A stretch of 38,180 nucleotides of DNA from contig DATAXC010000022.1 of the NCBI GenBank assembly GCA_036266895.1, positions 1 through 38,180 on the forward strand. Reading direction: 5' to 3'. Position numbers and translations under genes: made by a program. Below the pieces are notes generated by a model. The model did not search any database. It was given only the letters and a program-made list of their open reading frames with translations, and was not told the DNA's origin. Positions within the stretch are counted from its first letter, which is position 1. Each line of letters starts with the position of its first letter. This document shows, piece after piece, positions 26,322-33,837 of the stretch. This DNA is from Gammaproteobacteria bacterium (lineage in GTDB: Bacteria; Pseudomonadota; Gammaproteobacteria; DSM-16500).

Positions 26322-26630
26322 CTACAATGAACCTTTTTTCTTTGCGCGATATTTGGCGTTGTATTCACGCATTTTTTCTTTACTCTGTGCCTCACGTTGT
26401 AAAACGAGTGATTTAATGGCTTCATCGCAAAGGCGCCTAGACGTTTCAATAACTGCTAAACATAGAGTAATTGTTTGAACACTTGAGGGTGTCTCTTCTG
26501 ATGATTCCAAAATACGTAAATCGAATAAATCACAACCTGCAATATATAACCCATTGCTCAAGCCATGTAGATAATCTAGATTATAAATTTTGAGTGCTTG
26601 GTCTAAAGTTCTGGAATTTCCTAGTGTCAT
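26322..26630 (-). CDS. Hypothetical protein with basic C-terminus
   Basis: AAGGAG RBS; KEKMREYNAKYRAKKK. Confidence 0.6.
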   Translation of the reverse strand: MTLGNSRTLDQALKIYNLDYLHGLSNGLYIAGCDLFDLRILESSEETPSSVQTITLCLAVIETSRRLCDEAIKSLVLQREAQSKEKMREYNAKYRAKKKGSL

Positions 26631-26641
26631 GCGATCTCTCC

Positions 26642-26872
26642 TTAATTTCTGATTCCATCAAAATATTCATTATGCAAGTCGTCGATTTCTTGAGCCTGCG
26701 ACGGAGTAAGTTCTATAACATCTAGGTCAAAGTCATGTATTCCGCCACGTTTGAATACGAGTCCTTGATATCTTGCATAGTTATGACCAAGGTGTTGCGC
26801 TTGCGTCATATTTTCTGCATTAAATGTAAATTTACGTCCAATGATTCTTTGTACCAGTGCGAAAGTTTTCAT
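26642..26872 (-). CDS. Hypothetical protein
   Basis: AAGGAG RBS. Confidence 0.6.
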   Translation of the reverse strand: MKTFALVQRIIGRKFTFNAENMTQAQHLGHNYARYQGLVFKRGGIHDFDLDVIELTPSQAQEIDDLHNEYFDGIRN

Positions 26873-26884
26873 CTCATCTCTCCT

Positions 26885-27154
26885 TTAATCTCTAGCAAAT
26901 TTGTCTTTACGCGAAGCGGCTGCTTGTTGATAATATTTTAATGTATCCGCTCGTAGTTTAAGCCATGAATCTAATGTATGAATTACATCGCCTGGATTTT
27001 CAGAAATAATAGACTTGGGTACTAATTTAAAAATTCTGCCGTCGTCAAAATCAATAGTGCAGTACTTTCGACACATTTCTGTAACTTCACCGATACCAGA
27101 CATATTTGCTTGATCGCCGGCGTATCTAACTCTCAATCCGATTTCAACGTTCAT
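26885..27154 (-). CDS. SH3/KOW-like barrel protein
   Basis: IGLRVRYAGDQANMSGIGEVTE...IDFDDGR. Confidence 0.55.
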   Translation of the reverse strand: MNVEIGLRVRYAGDQANMSGIGEVTEMCRKYCTIDFDDGRIFKLVPKSIISENPGDVIHTLDSWLKLRADTLKYYQQAAASRKDKFARD

Positions 27155-27196
27155 CTCATCTCTCCTCATGTTTGGGGTCAGTCAACCCATGAATGC

Positions 27197-27225
27197 ATAT
27201 TATCCCAATTTGGGATATAAATCAA
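27197..27225 (-). promoter_or_regulatory. Leftward promoter with type-2 operator (27201-27217)
   Basis: Minus strand TTGATT-17-TAATAT; perfect TATCCCA-ATT-TGGGATA. Confidence 0.65.
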
Positions 27226-27270
27226 CAATCGATTTGAGTATTTTTAAAAAAAATGTTAAAACCGCCAAAA

Positions 27271-27285
27271 TTAACATTTCGTTTA
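27271..27285. promoter_or_regulatory. Type-1 operator upstream of the late operon
   Basis: TTAACA-TTT-CGTTTA. Confidence 0.6.
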
Positions 27286-27299
27286 TTGGACGACTATTT

Positions 27300-27488
27300 A
27301 TGGCAAATTGGATGAAAGAAGCAGTCAAAAGACCAGGGGCATTAAGGGCTAAGGCTAAAAAAGCTGGCGGAATGAAAGATGGCAAGATTTCGCCCGCATT
27401 CATTCAAAAAGCCGTGCACAGTAAAAATCCAACAACACGTAAACAGGCAGTTCTTGCCAAGACATTTAAAAAATTGAGGGGGAAATAA
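27300..27488 (+). CDS. Small basic phage protein
   Basis: MANWMKEAVKRPGALRAKAK...RKQAVLAKTFKKL. Confidence 0.7.
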   Translation: MANWMKEAVKRPGALRAKAKKAGGMKDGKISPAFIQKAVHSKNPTTRKQAVLAKTFKKLRGK

Positions 27489-27490
27489 TC

Positions 27491-27739
27491 ATGGTTTCAG
27501 AAGTGGCGTCGATCGTTGAGGCTGTGGCTCCAATTGCTGTGAAAAGTTTATTACAAGAAACCGTGCAGGATGTAATTATTTCAACTGCACAACATTTATT
27601 TAACCTGATATCCAAGCATGTTCCCAATGGTGTTGAAAAATCAACAGCGTTAATAAATCTAAATCATGTTGTTTCTTTAGTAGCTCAAGCCATTACTACC
27701 ATTGACTCAGTCGCTGCAGAAATAGAGCCCAAGGCGTAA
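27491..27739 (+). CDS. Divergent Acb2/Tad1-like helical protein
   Basis: AQHLFNLISKHVPNGVEKSTALINLNHVVSLVAQAI resembles the family core A..L..LI...P.GREKSLALTKLEE..MWANAAI. Confidence 0.45.
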   Translation: MVSEVASIVEAVAPIAVKSLLQETVQDVIISTAQHLFNLISKHVPNGVEKSTALINLNHVVSLVAQAITTIDSVAAEIEPKA

Positions 27740-27741
27740 CC

Positions 27742-27846
27742 ATGAAAAAAACTGTCAGTCTTAAAAAATTTAAAGCCTATGTAAAACAAGATAAAAAAGA
27801 CGATATGAAGATGATCAAGAAAGCGATTAAAGCTAAACGTAAATAG
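27742..27846 (+). CDS. 34-aa Lys-rich peptide (not in ORF track)
   Basis: MKKTVSLKKFKAYVKQDKKDDMKMIKKAIKAKRK; fills the gap. Confidence 0.55.
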   Translation: MKKTVSLKKFKAYVKQDKKDDMKMIKKAIKAKRK

Positions 27847-27855
27847 GTCATTCCA

Positions 27856-28335
27856 ATGCCGGTACAAGTCGATGAATATGGTCTTACTCCCAAACAACGT
27901 CTGTTTTGTGTGCACTATATTGAAAATAAAGGCCATGGCACCAACGCTGCTATAGCGGCTGGATATAGCAAAAGTACCGCTTACTCAATTGCATCAGAGA
28001 ACTTAACCAAACCTGAAATTAAACGCTACTTGGGAAAATTTATGAAAGAAGCTGCCGAAAAGTTATGCATAACCCCTGAATATCTATTGGGAAAGCTAAA
28101 AACGGGGATTGATCGATCTATTCCTGAGTTTCCAGATTATGTAGATGAAGACACCAAACAACGTCATGAACCTGAGTTGATAAGCAAAACTGATGCGCGT
28201 GCAGCCGTTGCATGTATTGCTGAGATTAATCGTATGTTAGGCAATCACGCACCTGAAAAAACAGACACTAGGCACAAGTTAGAAGGGCTAGAAGACTTGA
28301 TCTCCGATTGTAGGTCACGAGAAGATTCCAATTAA
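27856..28335 (+). CDS. terS: Terminase small subunit
   Basis: LTPKQRLFCVHYI...AAIAAGYSKSTAYSIASENLTKPEI. Confidence 0.92.
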   Translation: MPVQVDEYGLTPKQRLFCVHYIENKGHGTNAAIAAGYSKSTAYSIASENLTKPEIKRYLGKFMKEAAEKLCITPEYLLGKLKTGIDRSIPEFPDYVDEDTKQRHEPELISKTDARAAVACIAEINRMLGNHAPEKTDTRHKLEGLEDLISDCRSREDSN

Positions 28336-28360
28336 CAGATCGTTTATTCTGCGCTATATT
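28332..28360 (+). promoter_or_regulatory. Type-1 operator (28332-28346) overlapping the -35 of a putative promoter upstream of terL
   Basis: TTAACA-GAT-CGTTTA; TTAACA-17-TATATT. Confidence 0.55.
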
Positions 28361-28398
28361 CCACTGGTAGTTTTTTACTAACTTTCAAGCTCGGAGAA

Positions 28399-28551
28399 AT
28401 GATTGTGAAAAAGATGGCAAAAGGTAAATCAAGTGTAGGTAAACGTTCAATTGCTACACGTGACATTGGTAATTCAAATTTCTATGAGGATGGCCCAGCC
28501 GTAACTTCCGGCAAAATGCCTAAATCTGGCAAACCAAAAGGAAAGAAATAA
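28399..28551 (+). CDS. 50-aa Lys/Gly-rich peptide (not in ORF track)
   Basis: MIVKKMAKGKSSVGKRSIATRDIGNSNFYEDGPAVTSGKMPKSGKPKGKK; GGAG upstream. Confidence 0.55.
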   Translation: MIVKKMAKGKSSVGKRSIATRDIGNSNFYEDGPAVTSGKMPKSGKPKGKK

Positions 28552-28670
28552 TGGACGGCAAAATGGGTAAGGGTAAAGCAATGATGAAGATGATGAAGTC
28601 TAAGAAAAAAGACATGATGAAAGAGAAAATGGCGGACGGCAAAAAAGGTATGAAAGGCCGCAAACGCTAG
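28551..28670 (+). CDS. 39-aa Lys/Met-rich peptide (not in ORF track)
   Basis: MDGKMGKGKAMMKMMKSKKKDMMKEKMADGKKGMKGRKR; TAATG coupling. Confidence 0.6.
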   Translation: MDGKMGKGKAMMKMMKSKKKDMMKEKMADGKKGMKGRKR

Positions 28671-28679
28671 AGGTATTTA

Positions 28680-30278
28680 TTGAGTATAAGTCACGAATTC
28701 GCGCGTGACGATAAATTCAGGGTTGAGTTATTATCATCCTTCTATTTATTTACGCGCGTTTTTTATAAATTGCGCACTCGGCGCGACTGGATTACATCAC
28801 AACCAATCGGGCGTGAATCTCACTATATAACCATTGCAAACACACTCACAGACGCTTTCTATCATAGGGTGAGTGATATCGGTATTCTATGTCCGCCACG
28901 TTATGGCAAGTCTGAAATGTGCATACATTTCATTGCATGGGCTATGGCTCGTTATCCAGATTGTAACTTCATCTATGTTTCATATTCACAAGAATTGGCA
29001 GCGTTTCATACGCACACTGTCAGAAAGATCATGACCTTACCTGAATACCAGGAGCTTTTCGATGCACGCATATCTAACGAGACAAAGGCAAAGGATAATT
29101 TTGAAACTACTCAGGGAGGTTCTGTCTACGCTGCAGGTATTGGGGGAACAATTACAGGGCGTGGAGCAGGAATTCAAGGCGCCACACGTTTTGGTGGTTG
29201 CGCAATTATCGACGACTCTATTAAACCAGCTGATGCGACAAGCGAAAAAATTAGAGCAACAACTAATGACTGGTATCTAAACACCTTATTTAGCCGCCGT
29301 AATGATCCCGCCACGCCATTCTTTTACATAGCGCAGGTAACACATGAAGATGATTTATCACGTCATCTACGCGATCACTATGACGGCAGACCGTGGGAAT
29401 TTCGTGTACTTGATGCATTAGATGCTGCTGGGAACGCATTGTGCCCGCACAAACATACGGTTGAGCAGTTGCTATTAATGAAAGAAAAAATGCCGTATGT
29501 ATTTGCTGCTCAAATGCAACAAAACGCAATCCCTGCAGGTGGTGCATTGTATAAGCCTGAATGGTTTGTTCGTTTAGACCAAGACCCAGAAATGTTAGCA
29601 ACATTTATCACGGCTGATACTGCCGAAACTGAAAAGTCTTATAACGACGCCACGGTATTTAGCTTCTGGGGTATCTATAACATCTCTGAAGATGGGATGA
29701 ACACCGAAAGCATTGGTTTGCATTGGATAGATTGTTGGGAACTTTGGGTCGAGCCTAAAGATTTAGAACAAGAGTTTACTAACTTTTACTACGCTTGTTT
29801 ACGCTATCCCAAACAGCCACAGATCGCAGCTATTGAGAAGAAATCTACTGGCGTCACCTTAGTGTCGGTCATTAAAGATAAGCTGCGTGGCCTTCAAATT
29901 AGAGAGACTGAGCGCAATAGAAGCTCAGGCAATAAAACTGAGCGCTTTTTAGATGCGCAACCGGCGTTAGCATCTCGCCTTGTATCAATAACTAGAAATG
30001 CAAAACACCACGATCTTGTACTTAATCACATGTCTAAAATCACTGCTAACCAATCGCATCGTTATGACGATATCGCCGACACGTTTGCCGATGCGGTCAA
30101 GCTTGCATTTATAGATAAAGTTATCCCTTACATGACCAAGACTAAAGCCAGAACAGACAAAATAATTACGACGATTGCATCAAATTATCAACGTGATAGT
30201 AATGCAAGGAAACGTCTCTATGGCACTGGAAACACAAGACTTAAAGTACCCACACACTCTCTCAGAGCTTATCGCTAA
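28680..30278 (+). CDS. terL: Terminase large subunit
   Basis: Walker A PPRYGKSE, GTITGRGA, Walker B AIIDD, nuclease TADTA and YDDIADTF; GAGG then TTG start. Confidence 0.95.
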   Translation: MSISHEFARDDKFRVELLSSFYLFTRVFYKLRTRRDWITSQPIGRESHYITIANTLTDAFYHRVSDIGILCPPRYGKSEMCIHFIAWAMARYPDCNFIYVSYSQELAAFHTHTVRKIMTLPEYQELFDARISNETKAKDNFETTQGGSVYAAGIGGTITGRGAGIQGATRFGGCAIIDDSIKPADATSEKIRATTNDWYLNTLFSRRNDPATPFFYIAQVTHEDDLSRHLRDHYDGRPWEFRVLDALDAAGNALCPHKHTVEQLLLMKEKMPYVFAAQMQQNAIPAGGALYKPEWFVRLDQDPEMLATFITADTAETEKSYNDATVFSFWGIYNISEDGMNTESIGLHWIDCWELWVEPKDLEQEFTNFYYACLRYPKQPQIAAIEKKSTGVTLVSVIKDKLRGLQIRETERNRSSGNKTERFLDAQPALASRLVSITRNAKHHDLVLNHMSKITANQSHRYDDIADTFADAVKLAFIDKVIPYMTKTKARTDKIITTIASNYQRDSNARKRLYGTGNTRLKVPTHSLRAYR

Positions 30279-32322
30279 AACGAAATCATGGCGTCAGTGG
30301 TTTCAAGCTAACATTGAGCGCTGGCATACTTATAGAAAGTTCGTATTTAAAACTACCTTAAATCAAGAAATGCGCGAGGATTTAGCAACGATCCAAAAGC
30401 CTGCGTTTGAGTTTAATACCATTGAATCGTACATCTCACGGCTACGTGGTGAGTTTTCAAAGCAGGAGCCATCATTCACGGTGAGTCAGTCACCCGATAG
30501 TGGATATGTTGACCCGCAGGCGGCAGAAATATTAGAAGGGCATTTGCTCCATGAAATGTATCAAACTCGTAAAGCAGGTACGGAATATAATGTTTATTCT
30601 GATCAGTTAAGCGGGGGATATGGTGTTCTGCAAGTCTCTCCAGATTATGAATCGCCTTATACATTTAACCAGAGAATTGTGATTGAGCGTAAGTTTGATC
30701 CGACCTTATGTGGGTTTGATCCAACTGCACAAGAAGTGACAAAATGTGATGGTGAATTCTGTTTTGAGATGGTGCCGCTAACTGAAGATTCTTACAAAGA
30801 ACGATACCCAAATGGTGCGGTTCCGTCAGGAAATATGACAACGATTGGTGATTACCAGTGGGCTTATCAATTAGCGGATACAAAAATTATATTAGTTTGT
30901 ATCTTTTATCACAAAGTAACTTCCAGTAAAAACTTAGTCTATCTTGCAAATAATGTTTCCATGTTGGAATCAGACTATAACAAAGCTAAGAAAGAATGGG
31001 CCATGAGTCGTATCGAACAAGAGCCTAAAATCATTTCCCGTCGTAAAACAAAGATCACCACTATTTGCCGTTATGAATTCACTAATACGCAAATATTGAC
31101 TTATAACGATACTAATTGGACATATTTACCACTTATTTTTACCGATGGTAACAGTCAGCATATTCGTGAAGATGGTGAATCTTCAGATATGAAACAAATG
31201 ACTCGACCTTATCACTATCATGCGATGGATACCCAAAAGCTTAAGAATATTGCTGGACAGACATTGGCTAATGAATTGGAAGGAATGGTGCAGCAAAAGT
31301 GGATTGCGCCTCTCGAAGGGATACCCGAACAATATACGGATGCATACACAAATATCCAAAAGCCAAGCAACTTGATTTATAACGCCTTTCAAGAAGATGG
31401 ATTGACACCCATACCACCTCCTCAACCTGTACAGCGGCCTGGGATGCCTCCAGAAGTATTAGCAACTTTTATGCAATCTGATCAGGTCATGCAGAACATC
31501 TTAGGCTCATTTAATACGCAATTAGGCGTTAATGATAACGATATTAGTGGGGCGGCAATCATTGAAGCTATGACGCAATCTAACTCTACTGGAATGCCTT
31601 ATATTGTTAATTTTATGTTGGCATGGAATCAGGTAGCCAAAATCTATATTGATTTATTTCCCAAGGTTTATACAACGCCAAGAACCATTCCAATTCTTGA
31701 TAAGATGCGTAATACCACTCATGTGCCTATTAATGGATTTGGTGGTGGTAAAACTCCACAGATGAATTATTCACCCCATAGTTTAAATGTGGAAGTCGAA
31801 GCGGGCATGAATTTCGAGGTACAAAAAAACCGAGCAGTAATGCAAATGGGTATGTTGTCGCAACAATTCCAGTCTTTTGCGCAACTGATTAATACTACTG
31901 GATTGCCGATATTGATCGATAACCTAGAGTTCAGAGGATCAGATCAGTTAAAACAATTGGCGCAAGAAATGCTCCAAAAGCAACAGCAGCAAGAAGCATC
32001 GGGTCAGCAACAACCTAATCCTCTCACTTTAAAGATGCAGGACTTAGCAATGCGTAACCAACAGCATCAGGGTCAAATGCAGATGGATGCAGCACGATTA
32101 AAACAAGAGAGTATTAAAAACACGATGGACTTTGTAGGTGCTCAGCAAGACAGACAAGTTGATTTAGCAAAGATTGCTGTTGAGAAAGAGAAAGCAGTTG
32201 ATGGTTCAATCCACAAACATTTGGATAGAGTGCAGGGCGATCAACATAAAGCGAGTGATATTATACAATCCCAAAACAAAGCTGAGGAAAAACCAATGAA
32301 GGAGAAGTCTAGTGAGTCTTGA
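30220..32322 (+). CDS. P22-like portal protein
   Basis: FNTIESYISRLRGE, GFDPTA, DTQKLKN, ISGAAI motifs; Gln-rich C-terminal coiled coil; follows terL. Confidence 0.88.
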   Translation: MALETQDLKYPHTLSELIAKTKSWRQWFQANIERWHTYRKFVFKTTLNQEMREDLATIQKPAFEFNTIESYISRLRGEFSKQEPSFTVSQSPDSGYVDPQAAEILEGHLLHEMYQTRKAGTEYNVYSDQLSGGYGVLQVSPDYESPYTFNQRIVIERKFDPTLCGFDPTAQEVTKCDGEFCFEMVPLTEDSYKERYPNGAVPSGNMTTIGDYQWAYQLADTKIILVCIFYHKVTSSKNLVYLANNVSMLESDYNKAKKEWAMSRIEQEPKIISRRKTKITTICRYEFTNTQILTYNDTNWTYLPLIFTDGNSQHIREDGESSDMKQMTRPYHYHAMDTQKLKNIAGQTLANELEGMVQQKWIAPLEGIPEQYTDAYTNIQKPSNLIYNAFQEDGLTPIPPPQPVQRPGMPPEVLATFMQSDQVMQNILGSFNTQLGVNDNDISGAAIIEAMTQSNSTGMPYIVNFMLAWNQVAKIYIDLFPKVYTTPRTIPILDKMRNTTHVPINGFGGGKTPQMNYSPHSLNVEVEAGMNFEVQKNRAVMQMGMLSQQFQSFAQLINTTGLPILIDNLEFRGSDQLKQLAQEMLQKQQQQEASGQQQPNPLTLKMQDLAMRNQQHQGQMQMDAARLKQESIKNTMDFVGAQQDRQVDLAKIAVEKEKAVDGSIHKHLDRVQGDQHKASDIIQSQNKAEEKPMKEKSSES

Positions 32323-32503
32323 TTCTGAACTTGCAAAGGATTTAGCGGTTTGCATACAAATTATAATGGAGTCTCACACAGAGATACCAAAAGGTGTTTG
32401 GCTTAAGATGCGATTAGATTTTGATTACAAATCGACGGATGATGGAGGAGAAATTGGCGATATGTGCCTGACGTGGGATGAATCCTCATCAAAAAATGAT
32501 TGA
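32312..32503 (+). CDS. Small acidic hypothetical protein
   Basis: AAGGAG RBS, GTG start overlapping the portal end. Confidence 0.45.
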   Translation: MSLDSELAKDLAVCIQIIMESHTEIPKGVWLKMRLDFDYKSTDDGGEIGDMCLTWDESSSKND

Positions 32504-32588
32504 TCGCTTTAATTTTTTCGATTATATTCATTGAGCAGTCAGTCAAATGTTCTTTTTTCTTCATGTTAAGTGATCTTTCTTGGTGTTT

Positions 32589-32623
32589 GCCCTTAGTGAC
32601 CTCATCACTAGGGGCTTTTTTTT
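32589..32623 (+). terminator. Rho-independent terminator after the portal region
   Basis: GCCCTTAGTGA-N5-TCACTAGGGGC followed by T8. Confidence 0.8.
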
Positions 32624-32634
32624 GCCTCCAGCAT

Positions 32635-32814
32635 TCATGGCACACATGATTCTGCGATCTTTGCGGCTATGCCTGCTTGATACCCACGCTCTATGCTGTA
32701 ACGCGCCATTGAGCGTAAGTTAATGAACTCTATATAGGATAAATTGAGAAGTATCCTTACGTCCTTATACTTGAGCATAGGATTAACTTCTCGGCCTTTG
32801 ACTGATACTTCCAT
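32635..32814 (-). CDS. 59-aa antisense moron protein (not in ORF track)
   Basis: MEVSVKGREVNPMLKYKDVRILLNLSYIEFINLRSMARYSIERGYQAGIAAKIAESCVP; AAGGAG RBS; TTGACT upstream on the minus strand. Confidence 0.6.
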   Translation of the reverse strand: MEVSVKGREVNPMLKYKDVRILLNLSYIEFINLRSMARYSIERGYQAGIAAKIAESCVP

Positions 32815-32880
32815 GACTATCTCCTTGTCACCCTAAACGAAAAGAAAGTTTTCTCTCATTCAATTACATAGTCAAGAAAT

Positions 32881-32946
32881 TAAACACTTTGTTTATCCAC
32901 GTGGAACATTTATATCAATTTTTAATAGAAATAAACGTTTCGTGTA
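32881..32946. promoter_or_regulatory. Two type-1 operators upstream of the scaffold gene
   Basis: TAAACACTTTGTTTA (32881, identical to the PR operator) and TAAACGTTTCGTGTA (32932, 14/15 to the PL operator). Confidence 0.75.
32893..32908. promoter_or_regulatory. parS-like site
   Basis: TTATCCACGTGGAACA, 14/16 to TGTTCCACGTGGAACA. Confidence 0.4.
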
Positions 32947-33072
32947 TTTACATATATTAAAAATTACTATTTAATGGTCAGACCTAGCCAAGGGTTAAAT
33001 GGCCACTACGTGTGGTGTCTCACATGGGTATCTACCGTGACGGGGTTAACAGTCAGTACAGGGTTTAACTTG

Positions 33073-33783
33073 ATGAACGAATCAAATCCAGAAGGAATAG
33101 CTCAGGGTCAGCCGCAATCACAGGCTCCTATGCAGCAGCAGCAAGCTACGCAGGCTCCAGTTGAAAAGACGCTACCCCAAGATCGAATTAACGACATCGT
33201 ACGCGATGCGTTCAGTCGTGGGCATGAGAAGGGCACTAAAGAAGCTCTAGGTGCGGGAAGTATTGGCGGAATGTCTGCCGATGATTACCGAAGAATAGCC
33301 AGAGAAGAAGCCCAAAATACCCATAGAACTGCACAAGAAGCCATGCAGAAGCAAAACGAAGAACATCTTGCGAGACAAACACTCTCACAAGTTGATCAGA
33401 AGATTGCAGAAACAAAGGCATCTAATCGTTATCCCGATTTTGATGAAACTATTAAATCCTTAGGGCTGGAGCACATGCTTCCGCTCGTCTGGCATGCAAA
33501 CACGGTAGATAACACAGCAGACGTACTTTATGACCTTGGCAAAAATAAGATGAAGCTTGGAATGCTTAACAGTATTCCGCCTCATTTAATACCAGGGGAA
33601 ATTAAAAAGCTTTCTGATTCTATTAAAGCAAATCAGAACGCTGAGTCTTCCGCAAATCTTCCGCCTGATCCGTTCGGCAATGTCAAACCCTCTAGTGGTG
33701 CTGGTATTGGCAAGCGGCCATCAGAGCGGACAGCTTCAGAATGGGCACAGCATTACAAAGGTAGAGTGCGCGGTATTCGGTAG
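33073..33783 (+). CDS. Scaffolding protein
   Basis: Helical Glu/Gln-rich, YPDFDE, DVLYDLGKN, PPDP motifs; between portal and coat. Confidence 0.8.
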   Translation: MNESNPEGIAQGQPQSQAPMQQQQATQAPVEKTLPQDRINDIVRDAFSRGHEKGTKEALGAGSIGGMSADDYRRIAREEAQNTHRTAQEAMQKQNEEHLARQTLSQVDQKIAETKASNRYPDFDETIKSLGLEHMLPLVWHANTVDNTADVLYDLGKNKMKLGMLNSIPPHLIPGEIKKLSDSIKANQNAESSANLPPDPFGNVKPSSGAGIGKRPSERTASEWAQHYKGRVRGIR

Positions 33784-33837
33784 CACCTCTTTTGCCCTTG
33801 TCAATCGATCTATTAACGACGATTCACGAGGATGCTC

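Noticed and set aside
32403-32645. 80-aa minus-strand ORF
   Set aside because: Runs through the terminator hairpin and overlaps a plus-strand ORF; no RBS
32974-33072. N-terminal extension of the scaffold as called in the ORF track
   Set aside because: The ATG overlaps the candidate -10, has no RBS and gives an atypical peptide; the region reads better as a structured leader
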